This document shows, in pieces, positions 24,150 to 37,749 of a stretch of DNA of 64,000 bases. The DNA comes from Podarcis bocagei (taxonomy: Eukaryota). Under the pieces are notes generated by a model. The model had not been told where the DNA came from. It worked only from the letters and a program-made list of their open reading frames with translations, and ran no database searches. The first letter of the stretch is position 1; the number at the start of each line of letters is the position of its first letter. The DNA lies in the NCBI GenBank assembly GCA_964188305.1, contig OZ076894.1, one strand, 5' to 3'. Both the position numbers and the translations under genes were made by a program.

Positions 24150-24524
24150 CAGGGGTAAAAAGGTAAAGGTAAAAGGACCCCTGACCATTAGGTCCAGTCG
24201 TGGCTGACTCAGGGGTTGCGGCGCTCATCTCGCTTTATTGGCCGAGGGAGCCGGTGTACAGCTTCCGGGTCATGTGGCCACATGACTAAGCCGCTTCTGG
24301 CGAACCAGAGCAGCGCACGGAGGTAGTCAACCTTTTTATACCTACTAATTTTTTTATACCTTTTTATGCCCACTAATGCATCTTTCTTGATGGTAGAATT
24401 TCCTTACCGCCCACTGGTACTCGATGGAAGGAGGATTCAGCTTGTGCCGTGGAACCCCCTACCGCCCACCTAGAATCCTGAAACTCCCACTAGTGGGCGG
24501 TAGGGATCAGGTTGGCAACCTCTG
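24150..24524. mobile_element. hAT-like element interrupted by a Sauria SINE
   Basis: The left end CAGGGGTA|...|GGTAGTCAACC is split by the SINE; the right end is GGTTGGCAACCTCTG. Confidence 0.6.
24157..24320 (-). mobile_element. Sauria SINE, 5'-truncated
   Basis: AAAGGTAAAGGT is the reverse complement of the (ACCTTT)n tail; the body is complementary to the copy at 55371. Confidence 0.85.
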
Positions 24525-24671
24525 GTCTAAAGTATGAGGGGCTGATTACTAAACAGGAATTAGAATGATTTTTTTTAAGAAAAACAATAAATGGATTTAT
24601 CTCATGGGTGGTTATGCTGGTGATTTGCACTCTTTGTAAATTGTTGATATATATTTTAATCTGCTTTTCAG

Positions 24672-24771
24672 GAGAAACTCAGCACTTTAAAGATGCATTT
24701 GTGGGGAATGCAGCCAGTGTCAAGGGATTGCCTCTTGCTTTTTATTCAGGAATGTATGCCTACTCAGGCTG
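24672..24771 (+). CDS. SLC7A11: xCT exon 5 ([33 protein letters not shown]), 100 nt
   Basis: Acceptor cttttcag; donor TG|gtaagt; encodes TM6a. Confidence 0.97.
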
Positions 24772-25357
24772 GTAAGTGGTATGACAGGTTAGATTACATT
24801 GAATGCCTGACCATTGTATGCTCAATATGCTATTAGGTAAATCTCAGCCAAACTGATGCCCTTTGTAAACTTGGAGCATGGCAGGAGTCTATGATATAAA
24901 TGTTAAGCTTATGAGATAGATGTAAGTTCTCTGGCGTATGCTTTGTACGCAGAGGGTCCCAAATTCAATCCCTGGCATCTTGAGGTAGGACTGCAAGAGA
25001 CTCCTCTCTGAAACCCTGGAGAGATACTGCAGGTCAATGCAGAAGACAATGGCTATCTAAATGAACCGGTGGTTGCAGCTTGACAGTGCACTCTTGTATG
25101 TGTCTTCCCTGACATAGGCCCCCCACTAAATTCAATGGGACTTATTTCAGGATGAGTAAATATAGGATTGTAGCCTAACTGACTTTTCCTGGGGTGGGGC
25201 CCACTTACAATTTTCTGGGAGATTTTTGGGCACTCTAAGGTGTACTCAAAAGCCTAATCTGCTGCACAGAGTTATTATGAGTATTAAGTGACAATTAGAT
25301 TGCATGTGAAAAATTCTATATTGGTAAATAAAATTGATTTAAACTTTGCTTTTATAG

Positions 25358-25402
25358 GTTTTACCTCAATTTTGTTACTGAAGAAGTAGAGAATCCAGAA
25401 AG
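25358..25402 (+). CDS. SLC7A11: xCT exon 6 (FYLNFVTEEVENPER), 45 nt
   Basis: Acceptor ttttatag; donor AG|gtatgt; conserved LNFVTEE..NP motif. Confidence 0.96.
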
Positions 25403-26172
25403 GTATGTTCTTCCCCTCACTTCCTTTTTTTAAAAAACCTGATCTTAAAAGTCCCACTGCTCTAGAAAATAAATTAATAAACCTATGCTCTTTCAGATAA
25501 TCTTGCATGCCAGTCAGGTTGCTTTCTCCTTGCAATGATGATATCAGTTTGAATATGCTTTTGTTTGAAATTTTGCTAATTATTAATTTGACCTGACCTG
25601 CGTAGGTGTGTATCTTTTCTTGTGTACTGAAGACAAAAAGAAAGTAGTTCTCCCCATTTACAGCATGTCAGCAATTTTCTATGGGAAACATTGAATAGAT
25701 GTCTCTGACATGTCACTGGGAAAGGATAAAGCTTTGAATGCAGATTTCATGGCATATTTAAATGTTGATTTGCTCAGTCATAATGTGATCTCAGCACACT
25801 AAGGCCCAATTTAAATTTGTCACGTGGAATACATCCATGGAAGTGTTCCATTTAACTGCTGTTTGTGGATGGAGGTTATACTGAATGGATGTATAGTTGC
25901 CTTTGACTGGACTTAACTGTCCAGGGATCCTTTACCTTTACTAAATGGATTTGTGTGGATGTTATGTGAATGTGACTCTGGCCCCACCACTTTCCTGAAG
26001 CCCCAGAAGGTTACCCTTGAGGGAATATGGGTCTCAGGGTAATAAAAGTTCTCCATCTCTGATGTGTAGGGTTGCATATTTCCCCCCTACATGGCCTTGT
26101 TATGCTTCTGAATATACAGTTATCTGCTGTCCTGATATGCTGGCAGCCCTTTGATGCAAAGGTGATGCTGTG

Positions 26173-26423
26173 GCCTGTGTGGTGTAGTGGTTAAGAGCGG
26201 TAGTCTTGTAATCTGGGGAACCAGGTTCGCGTCCCTGCTCCTCCACATGCAGCTGCTGGGTGACCTTGGGCCAGTCACACTTCTCTGAAGTCTCTCAGCC
26301 CCACTCACCTCACAGAGTGTTTGTTGTGGGGGAGGAAGGGAAAGGAGAATGTTAGCCGCTTTGAGACTCCTTAGGGTAGTGATAAAGCGGGATATCAAAT
26401 CCAAACTCTTCTTCTTCTTCTTC
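26173..26423 (+). mobile_element. tRNA-derived SINE with (CTT)n tail (Squam3-like)
   Basis: A box TGGTGTAGTGG, B box-like GGTTCGCGTCC and CTT tail; near-identical copy at 45002. Confidence 0.85.
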
Positions 26424-28617
26424 ATTCTGTGTAGGTGGGCTATATCATTGTGCTGTCAGTGTGCTCAACCCGCATTAGGTGCATTGCTATGTGAGCCCCA
26501 TGCTATCACATTTAAATTGAGTCAATTTGGGCCTACCTAGTCTTTGGCTATTTCAGCCAAAATGGATAATACCTAGAAAAAATGTAGACTAGATAGAATT
26601 TGACAGTGTGTTGCTGCACATATTCATTGTTGCTTCTCTCTTGTTAGAAAGCCATTGGGGTACTGTAAAATATTCAGATGAATGCTATTAATGGAAAATA
26701 AAGTGGAAGACAATGTGTTTAATTCTGCATTTGGGGAAGTATTCTCCATATGAAGTTAGAATGTTGAAATTTTTTTTCAGGATTATTGAAGTAACCATAA
26801 GCAGACTCCCTCCAGTTACTGCTTGCGATACAAACAGAAGCCTTTGTAGTAAATCAGAAGTGTTGGCTTCATTATAGTGTTGGCTTCATATAGAGTCCTG
26901 ACACAGAACCAATTAAATCAAACAGTGGTTAGTACTTTAAATTTAGTTTCTATATGCACTAATGGGAAGATGCAGCATAAGATTCTATCAGCACATCTGC
27001 ATCCCAAATAGTTGAGACATTTTTCCAGCAACACAGAGGAGTGAAGTGCTTCTCTGACTCAAGTGGAGGAAAGGTGCTTGATGATTCAACAGCTCAGCAC
27101 CAACACCCAATAAAAATCAGAGCTAGTCTTTTTATTGGCTTCATTCATCTTTGGATGAGGCCTCTAATGCTGAACAACTGGAGATGCAGAGCTTAATTAT
27201 TTGAACAGGCAGGTTTTGAGGCTCATAGCCACAGGCAGTTTTGTATCACTATCTTGTTTGCTTTGCTGTAGGTGTTTTATTTAAATCTCCCACAGAAGTT
27301 CACACTGTACACAGGACTTCTCTGTAGAACATCATTGTGGAACTGTTGCTATTGCCATAAAAAAGGATTATAATTCTTCCAGATGTGTAATTTGTAATAT
27401 TTTGTGAAGAGCTGTAGATGCAAATTACTGCCTGGAACAAGGAAGTGTATAATGAATCCTTCTGTCTCGTGCCGTGCCAAAGTAAATGTTTGCCTCAAAA
27501 TCAGTCACAGTTGTATGTTTCCAGGTGCACTTCACCATGTAGAATAACTGGCAGCTGGTATTCCTATAATCAGTTCATGCTCAAACAGTGATAATTAACC
27601 TTCTGCAACATTTAGGGTGACAGAGTGCCTGAAAAGAACTATGTGGCAAACACAGATATTTGCACCTCAAAATAGTAAATCTCCATGGCATGGGGAGATG
27701 TTGAATCAGTAATTTGGTACAGGGATATGTGGAATCATTTGCAGAATTATATCTGTGACTGCTTTAGCCTGCCATATTCAATTTTTCCTTGCTTACTTCA
27801 CTTAAAACAATCCCGTACAAGCAGGTTGTGTTTTCTGTTTTTCCAAGGGAGAGATAAGGGTGGCAGATACTGAGCTGCAAAAGTCCATCTTTTGAATCCA
27901 TGACTGGGCAGCTGTTCACATCCATAACCAGTGTTGCATTTATCAGAATACTAGTGTTTTGGGAAACCTTGACCCTTGTTAAGCCTGTCTTAATTGACAA
28001 TGGCATTATATTGTATTCCCCTCCCTCATGTATGTTTTAGACCTTCATCCTACCTATGTTGCAACAAGCATATTGGAAGGACCAGTTTGTTCTATGGAGT
28101 ATAGGGAAGTGGAAACCATCACGAGATTTCTGTATTGCACTATATACCAATTTTGTTGCTTATTAAGGGAAATTTCTAGGAACTGATCTCAATGTTGTAG
28201 CTTAGAAGTCATTGTTTATAACTGGAAACATTGGTGCAAATATATTTCCTGGGACATTAATGGGGGAAAAGTATAGCATAACTCATCACATTTGTCTTTG
28301 TAGTAGATTGTTGTGTCATTTTGTCTGTTACAGTCAACTCTCCAAAGTAAGCATGGGATAAACTGGATTGTAAACTTTTAGGCATTAGTTTCTTCAAAAC
28401 ATTTTGCTGTACAAGAGTAGAAAACATTGGCTGGTTTGGAATTCACAAATTAAATCCAGGTGTATTTGAGGTTTAATACATTACTACACTTTGATTTAGG
28501 ATATTTGTGAAACTGCATAAAGAATATACCACTTGGGTGTATTGGTGTTTGTTATTTCCTGGTTTCTCATGTGACTTGGGCTAATCCATGACCCCTAAAA
28601 AGTACAATTACACAGGA

Positions 28618-28810
28618 TAGGAACATGGGATGCTGCATACAGAACATACAGAGTGAAACTATCGGTTCATCTAGTTCAGTACTGTCAACACTGACTGACA
28701 GTGCAGCTCTGCTGGATTTTTAGATAGGAGTTGTTCTCAACCTACCTGGAGATGCCTGAACCTGGGACCTTTTTCGTGCAAAGCATGTGCTCTGCCACTG
28801 AGTTACAGCC
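28618..28810 (-). mobile_element. Degenerate tRNA-headed SINE
   Basis: The reverse complement begins GGCTGTAACTCAGTGGCAGAGCACATGCTTTGCACG. A related + strand relic lies at about 24930-25075. Confidence 0.6.
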
Positions 28811-30956
28811 TTTCAATTATAAATTAATGAAGAATACAATAATGAAATAATTTAATGAAGTGAATGAAGAACAGTGATCCAGTAATGAATGGTGCAAGCT
28901 ATTGAGTCACATAATGAAGTACATGAACTACCTGCTTAAAAACATCTATTTGTGCACATTTTAGGGCATTTTAAAATTAAAACAATAGGTAACATTAAGG
29001 GGAGACATGAAACCTTAAAAATGAAATTTCAGGAAAGTGCTGCAATTATTTAGCGTTAAGGTGAAAATTCCAGTGTTGTCACTATAAAAGAGTAAGGGCC
29101 TAAACATAAATAAAATGGAGAGACCCAAGGGCAAAAATTCTTCAATATCTATCAAAGCTAAAGCTGGAAACAGTTTCTCAAAAATTCCTTTGTCATAAAT
29201 CCTTGCTAGAATTTGTGGCAAAATGTACATAGAGCAATTCCTTGTTTAAACATGAAAGTTTGCAAATGTTCTGTTTCCATTTGTTAAATAAGTTTGAGGC
29301 CATCCAGGTAATCAATCATTGTTTAAAAAGTTACACTGTGCAAAGAATGTATTATTGAGATGTATAGTGTTTGTAAGCCTACTCTCAGATTGATAAATCA
29401 TGTCTAGTGCCTGTTGGAATACAGAGAATGAATTGCTTTGCTATGACCTTGGGGTGTGAGATTAGTCAGTTTGTCTATTAGGCATTTCCAGTGTTCTTCT
29501 CACTTCATTTATTCCTTCTGTCCTTTGGAGCCAAGATGCAGCAGACTTGGAGCAAGTTGCCAGGGCTTGATATAATCACTCATTTTGGGAAAGCAGAGTA
29601 TCAGAATGGCCTGAATGATCTTTGTGGGTTTTTAATATCAGATTTAAATAATCTGAGTGTCATATTTAATTAATGCACTGTCTGCTTCCTATTTATATTA
29701 ATTAATGGCTGAAAGTCAACACATCTTGAGTCAATGAGAAATGAAAAGAGAAACATAATACTGAGGATATTTCCAGACTTGAGGAAGGTGATGTTGACAT
29801 AGATAAATGAGAGGTGAGCAGCTTCCCAAATGTCACAGTGCTTCCAACATGTTGGTGAATTCCAGCCCTTTAAATTTTTTGGCATGCTGCAATCTGATGT
29901 ACTATCATTCTTAGTTAAATCAATAACTCACACGATACTTTAAATATCAAGCCTGATAGGTCTAACTTTGCTCACATGCCCTGAGCTCTTTTGAAAGGTG
30001 GACAGTGACAGAATGGGAACTGTTGGATGCTCAATGTTTTAGAAACATCATTTACTTTGGAGCCTAACTGGTAACAGTTCACCTTTGGAAAGTGTATTCA
30101 TATTTTGAGATTTGAAGTCTTGAAGCTTGATTGTGTTGTCTTCTGAATATAGGGCTGATAGCATACCCCACAAGTGTCCCGAAAAAAAGAGGACTGTCCC
30201 ATTCCGTTTTCTCTCACGAGAGCACAGCAGCCATTTTGGTTGGTATGATCTCGCATGATTTCATACTGAGATCCCTTTGGTTTCACTTCATTGAGTGGGG
30301 TGGGGGGGTGGGGGGTGTTTTGACTTGCCAGAATCTAGAGCCCTTGAATCTACTGCACTCTGCCATAGTGCCTAATTTCTAGACATACATGCACACTCAG
30401 CCATGGGACACTCCCAAGTACCAAGGGGTAGAATGGGGTTGTCAGAAGACAGTAGGGTGGCCATGCATTGCAGAGGACAGCATTCTCTATTTTGAGGGCT
30501 GTCCAGTCCAAGTCTAGTTTAAAGATGAAGAACCATAACAATAGGAGCCCATCAACAGTTAGCAGCTTGTGGCCTGCGGTCCAAGCAGGTACACAAATCA
30601 CCCAGTGTCTGCCACGCTATGGTGAGGTGTATTGTATTTCCCTTAAAATATGTGTCTATATTTATAGATGACTATATGGGAAATTTGTGCAAATTCTTAT
30701 CCTCTCTTTGGGTGATGCATGACCGGCTGGTCTAGAAGAGAGAAGCAATATGCTGCCTTTGTGCACTCCTTTATTTAACATGTTGCCTTTTCTCCCATTT
30801 AAAGTACACGGGTTCCTCCCAAATAATCCTGGAAATTGTGGTTTGTTAAGGGTGTGAATTGTTACTCTGTGAGGGAGTAAACTGCATCTTGCACAATTCT
30901 TTGTAGGGAAGTCCATGACTGTTAAAGTGGGATGGTATAAACATGCTTTAAAAGTA

Positions 30957-31185
30957 CAGTGGTACCTCGGGTTAAGTACTTAATTCTAAGTACTTAATTC
31001 GTTCCAGAGGTCTGTTCTTAGCCTGAAACTGTTCTTAACCTGAAGCACCACTTTAGCTAATGGGGCCTCCTGCTGCCAGAGCACGATTTCTGTTCTCATC
31101 CTGAAGCAAAGTTCTTAACCTGAAGCACTATTTATGGGTTAGCGGAGTCTGTAACCTGAAGCATATGTAACCCGAGGTACCACTG
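30957..31185. mobile_element. Tc1/mariner-type MITE, subfamily B
   Basis: Same TIRs and TA TSD; body matches the copies at 3291 and 54209. Confidence 0.9.
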
Positions 31186-32634
31186 TAATGTGGACATGAG
31201 CTTCTTCTGCAGGTCACCTCTTCAGAGGATATGACACATTGCTAGCCCTTCTCCTGTAGGAATGCATATTTTGGGGCACACTTGTATAAATGATAACCTT
31301 GAAATGCAGAATGGATCTTCTGGTTTGGATCCAGCTTAGAGCTGTTGATCTACCGTTGGTAGCTTGGGGAATATTTATAGATACTGTGAACATTAGGGAG
31401 ACCATAATTAATGGCATGCAGGTCAAACTTTAAGTGAGTTTTCCTTGTCTTCAAGTTTTCACCTCTCTGCAATTTCCTGAGACTGCTTCTGAGGAATTTG
31501 TTAGGTAGTTTCACTACATCTTCAGACATTGGTTCCCACATGAAGGTCTGTGTGTATCCTCACTTAGTTATAGCTGATGAGTCACAAGTGAGATGGCAAC
31601 TCACCTATAGTGGGAAGTAGTGCTGGCAGCAAAACCACATAACTTTAAAAACTATACATTCCCCTCGCCACAGGCAAGATCACAGGAAGGCACAAGAAGA
31701 AAGCAAATGCATTACATACAAGTGCCTGCGGCGCAAATCAGCCTAGATGGCTGAAACAAGTGATGCAAGTCACATGCTAAAGAGTCCAGATGAGACAAGA
31801 CAAAACAAAACATTACTTCTAGAAAGTCTCAATCACCAACTTGAGGAAAATTCCTTATCAGCGTCAGATAATGTTGATTGCTCAGACTTTGCAGATGAGT
31901 AAAACTCATTCATTGAATCTTACAGTGAGTGCATTTCCGTACTACCCTTTCACTTTCTTTGTTTTTCACTGAATGCACAAACTAAGAAGTGACACAATGA
32001 TCTAGTCTAGGAGTGTGGAATCCCAGATGTTGCTGGACTGCAAGTCCCGGAATCATTGACCTTTAGCCATGTTGGCTGGGGCTTGTGGGCACTGGAAGTT
32101 CAGCAGCAGCTGGAGGGCACCAGGATCCCCCTTTCAGATTTTTGTCAAAGTTAAGTACCTCTCTATAGTGTCAAGCTCTTTCAACGTTCCATTGAATCTG
32201 AGGGTACTTAATTCTGAGTAGACATGTATAGGATTACACTGTGAGCCCTGATTATTTGAATAGGGAGTTAAGCAGGTATAGATGAAACCATATATTCAAA
32301 CATTTGGCATATCATTTTTTCAAAAAGGAAATATTGCTCTTATCTATTGAGCATATGAAGGAAACTTTAGCTGGATTTAACATGAATTATAAGCTGTTCC
32401 TTAATAAGCAAAATTATTTTTTCTTTTCAAATCACATATGTAAATGTTAGACGAAAGGAACAAGCTATATTTTTCTCTTAGTGTCTTTAATGTAAGGGGC
32501 ATTTCCATGCACAATGTGCTAAATATTCATGCTGCCCATGAGCTATCATCAAAAAATATTTTTGTCTTTTTTAACTTCTTATTGAGATTAAAGTGCCCTG
32601 TTTTAAGGAATTAAACAATTACCCTGTGCTTAAT

Positions 32635-32658
32635 TGTGTGTGTGTGTGTGTGTGTGTG
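32635..32658. repeat. (TG)n microsatellite
   Basis: About 12 units. Confidence 0.9.
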
Positions 32659-35600
32659 TTGTTCTGCTTCACATATGCATAAAAAATCCATTTGGCTCAA
32701 AGTCAATTTGTTCATTCCTCTAAGGCCACTATGCCAAGTAAATGGTGTAAAAATGGTAGGATTATATTGTAATATTTTATCTTGAGGTAATCAAAAGTGA
32801 CATACATTAATCCCTCAAATGCTATTCTATAGCTCATTTGCTCATGTAAATTTAAAAGGTGTCCAGGTACCTTAAAATAAAATTGAAGGGCAAGGCTGAC
32901 AGTATTTCCTTTCACTTTTATTCAGTATGGTTTATGGTCTAGAAATACTTTTAGGCTTTTATATCCGGGTCAATGTAACTAGTTGGGTTGTTGTTGTTTT
33001 TAAAGTAACTCTTTCACACATAAATCTTAACTAGATTTTAACTATTACCTATGCAGCACACATAGAACTACCCCAAATCCTTAGGTCAGAGGTCTAGACT
33101 GTACAAAAAATAGCCTGGTTCCCACTAAGCTATGGCTTGATTAATAAACCAGAAGTTGTCCTAATATATGGTTATGTTTTCCAGCTGCGCTTGCTTTGCG
33201 CCATTGTAATTTGGTGAACATACTGGGTGGAGTTTGACTGGGTTCACATGTTATCAACCAAGCCAAAGATAAAATAAAATAAGGTTTGTGATCAAAGGTT
33301 TATATTCAAACAACAAACACTGAGCCGTAACCAGTGTGTTCTGTCCATTAGTGCAAGACACCTTGTGCTAGCAGATGGCGCAGTTTAAAAGCTATGCATC
33401 AAAGGAATCCAGCGCAACAGTTGTGCTAGTGGAAGCTTGTTGTACAACAACAGATTGTGAAATCTGCTGTGCCACCATCTTTGGCCATGTGCTTGTGTAT
33501 ACTCTTATACTGCACAATCTGGTGCACTGGTACTTTTGTTTCCCTTGCACAGCAATGTTCCACCACTGGAACAAGTATACTGCTAAGTTACTTTAACTTA
33601 GCACTACACTGGATACAACTCCCTGGTTTCCAGATTGTGATTTGTTAGCAGTAAGCATGCCCCATAGCTAAACCTTTTGGCTGGGTTCACTTATAACACC
33701 AAGCCATGACTTAATAAACCATAGATTAGTGTTATGTGCAAACCAGACCACCCTTTCTTTTGCACTGTACTGGAAAGTGCAATATTGTTGTATGTGTGTA
33801 GATTTTATTGCATTTATTTTATAAACATTTCTGTAGTACCCTTTTGCGCCAAAAAGAGCCCCCCAAACAACTTAGAACAATAAAACATCAAAAAAATACT
33901 GAAGAACATTGAAACCAATATAAAACAGTTAACAAGGCCATAAAAGACTGATGGAACAAATATGTCTTAGCTATCCAGGATAGGGCCACTTGAATCTCCA
34001 TTTGTAGGATGTTCCTCAGGCAAGGTCCCACCACTGAAAAGGTCCTATCCCATACAGAGCTGGCTATACCACTAGGCAGAGTGAGGCAGCTGCCTCAGGT
34101 GTCAAATTCTGGGGAGTACTGGCAGTGAGATGTGGAACAAGAGAGCTGTGTGTCACTTATAGACTGCCATGTGCCTCCAAAGCTAGACTGCTACCCTCAG
34201 GTGTAGTGGAGGAAGCTGTCCTATCATTAAAATTTAATTGCTAGAATTTTGGGTGAAAAATAGATCTCTTTTATCAGGGACCATCCCATAACAAATGGAA
34301 GCTGGAATACACACACAAACCTAGCCTGTAGTCACGTGGAATCCTGTAGGGACAAAATATTCATCCGTTTTGCCTCTGTTGCAGTCATGATGCATGAAAT
34401 CTTAGCTTTTCTTCTCCCTGTCCATCTATATGGAGTGTGGGGTCCATTGTATGTTCAGGATAAGCTGTGGTAGACTTCCAAGACTGGGTTGGGATGAGCA
34501 TTCTGTTTAAACGGAGGATCTTACCTACATCAGACCAAGCATGATGACTAATCCAACTCTGGTAAAACGGAATGCATAGGACTGGATATGCATAGGTTAT
34601 TAAGCTAGTAGCACTTAATTTCCACTGATTGAAATTGATGGGACTTAAGTCAGTATAACTAAATTTTCACATTCATTTTAATGTGTCATAAATATGATTA
34701 ACTTAGTCTGGATTCAATGCACACACACATACGTCCTCCTGAAGCATTAGGAAGAGGGCAAATCAAACTTTTAAATGCAGTGAATATGAGCTTTACCCCT
34801 GTCACTGTTCTCGTTGGCTTCACCTTCTGAAATGGGAAACCTTTTATATCCATGGAGGCTCCTTGTGTATTTTTGAACCCTGCATAATTGGGGCTAATGT
34901 GCCTGCCCCTGCTGACCCTCTCCTGTGTTTATATTGCCCTCTTCCTAATGCCTAAACAGGACTATAGTTTTAATACAATTCTGCTTTTTATTAGATATTA
35001 ATATTCTTTAAGCCATAAGAAATTGAGGCTTTGACTGAAGTTTCAGAAGCAGCCAGCTCTTCATGCACTTGTAATATATTAACCCAGAAAGAGAACCTGC
35101 CCAGTATGATAAACAAAGCAGATTAACTTGGCAAGTACATTTTCTGCCTATATAACCTGGTCATTATTAATCACAGTACAGTCACGTATAGTTGTGCAAA
35201 TAGAAATTCAGCAAATGTGTGTCTTATAAAACTAATTTCCTGAAATAAAAAAACAAAAAACATTTCTTTCCAAAAGGAGCATAGTGAATGTTGTTGCCCA
35301 GCAAATCTGGCTGGGGGCCCAACACTAGCAATGTTAATGATCTGTTTGCATTTCCATTACAGTCCTTTATCTTTAGAATTCTATAATTTACCAATAAACT
35401 CTTTTTGCAAGTTGGCATTTGAGCTTTAACTGGCCTTTGAAAAGGCCACAGGAGATGAGATAATTTGTTTGAAAAGTGACTATAGTAATGTTAATTTAAA
35501 ATACTTTTCAGAATTTCACATTCTTTAATGCAATTTAATGTACACATCTAGAGTAGACCAACTGATCCAAAATACAGGCAACATTTGGACTAAACAGTCC

Positions 35601-37472
35601 ATAAAGATTTTTAGATGGTTGAATAAAAGTGCAGTGTCTTTTATTTTTAACCCATTATTTCTGCCTGCATGATTATATACCATTCCCATTGTCAATACTA
35701 TACATAGATTCTATGCATGTTCTTATGCTGGCACCCACAGAACTTATCTGAAGGATTGTTGTTTTGGTGGGGCTGCGTGAAACAAATAGGGACTAACATG
35801 TGATGGGACTGTTGAGTTGAATTTAACTTACAAAACAGTTTTATTTACAGCACAATCCTAGACATCTTTATTCAGAAGTAAATTTAGTGGGGCTTACCCC
35901 TACCAGTGTAAGATCACAGCCTTAGCACGACATGAGCTGTGGAGGACTGGTATAGTATTTAACATTTGTGTACTTATGTTCATTTCTATTTACAATATGG
36001 AGAAACTATGAGGAAGGTGTTTCATTTTGCTATGTAACCCTGTTGCTTTAACCAAAATGTACAAAAAGAAGATCATTGTACTATTGATTTTTTTTTTTAA
36101 TCAAGAACTTGTTTGTTCGTTTTAATCCTTGGGTCCTACTTGGGCAACAGCAGTAGAAGGAGCCAGTGGTAGTTAATGCTACATAAAGCACAGATGGAAG
36201 TGGCAACAACTTCCTGCCAATGGCAGTAACAGTAATTACAGCAGATTGCGTAAACCAGATGGGCAAGCTAGATGGGGGCAATTAGCATTACAAAACAAGG
36301 AAACTGGAAAATTAGGGTGGGGGTGTAGTAGTGTGTATGTGTGCATAGTGGGAGGGGGTGTCAAATGTTTTTGCTTTGCCTGCTTGACCAGAATGTGTAT
36401 CTTTAGGGTACATCTGTTTGGCCGTTCCGAAGGGGGATTAGATATGGGTCCAAAGCACAGTTGATCCTTGCAGTCTGCATGAACTAGTGACCTTGTCTCC
36501 TGCTGGTTTTGCCCTGGGTCTTGGCAATACATTTGTGAAGGGCGCTATTGAAGAGCGCTGTACAACTTGTGCCACACTGAGTTGAGCATGGCCTCCTCAC
36601 CGTACAGGGTAGTCCAGAAAAGCTTGAGAAACCATCAGTTGTTGCTACCTGACTGAGACTGCAAAAGAAGGCATTTTGTGGGCACCTGAGTGGTTGATGC
36701 AGCATGGGCTGGCAGGCTGTTTCAAATTGGATCACAATTTGAGAAGACCTGATGTATGCCAATAATTAGTTGGGACTATAATATTTGGGACAGAGAGAGG
36801 TTTCCCCCCTCACTTTCTGTTGTTTTCCTGTTCTCTTGTCCTGATTTCAGCTTTCCATTTCTGGATTTTGTTGTCTGTGAAGAGAGTCATTTGCTGTAAT
36901 ATCATATCATGGGAAATGGAGATTATCTCCAGCCGCAGCTTTAAGGCTTTAGTAATCTCAGTCACTGGAGGGTACTTTCTGAAAAACCTATCTGATTTTT
37001 TTTTGAATTGCTTTTCTGAGAAAAGAGCCCAAAGCACTTTAAGATCAGATGACTTTCTAACCTCCTGTTTCCAGCTTCAACGGCAATTGTCTCTGTATTT
37101 TAATGCAAAAATTACAGGTGTGCAGGTTCTCTTTAGCAGATAGTTTGCCTTTCTACACTTTATCTGTGACAAAGGGTGTGTTGATATGCCTGCCAAGGGT
37201 CCAGATGTCACCATGCCAATCTTTGGTCTGTGATCAGTGAAAATTCTGGGCTGCATGAATATTCATTTCAGTCGAGATCTATTTGTTTTGGTCATAACAA
37301 GTACCTACAAGATTAAAATGTTTTGGAAAAAGGCTAATAGTATACAGTAGGGCTGCAAGATCATGTTATACAAGATCATGTTACACAGCATTCTTTAATC
37401 CAAGTAACAGTCAAACACATGGACATCCACAAAGTTTTACATTGAAAAAATGGCCCCTTTCTGGATGGGCAA

Positions 37473-37749
37473 CAGTGGCGGAAGAAGCTGCTCAGGTGCC
37501 TGGCTGCTCCTGAGTCTGCCTGCCTCCTCCCACTCAGCTGCCCCACAGCTGGGGAGGAGGCAGCGAGTGGACTGCTTGGGCAGCGTGGAGCCTGTGCTTG
37601 CTCAAGCCACCACGTCTCTCCCAGGAGAGACGTGTGGCTCCGCCGCTTCAGGCCCCGCAGTGAGTGCTACCTGGCATTTTGTCACCACCACCTCAGTGGA
37701 TACACCCGGGGTGGCCAGCGCCTACCGCACCCCCCTTCCTCTGCCCCTG
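37473..37749. mobile_element. GC-rich non-autonomous hAT element
   Basis: Imperfect TIRs CAGTGGCGGAAGAAG / CTTCCTCTGCCCCTG; perfect 8-bp TSD ATGGGCAA. Confidence 0.82.
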
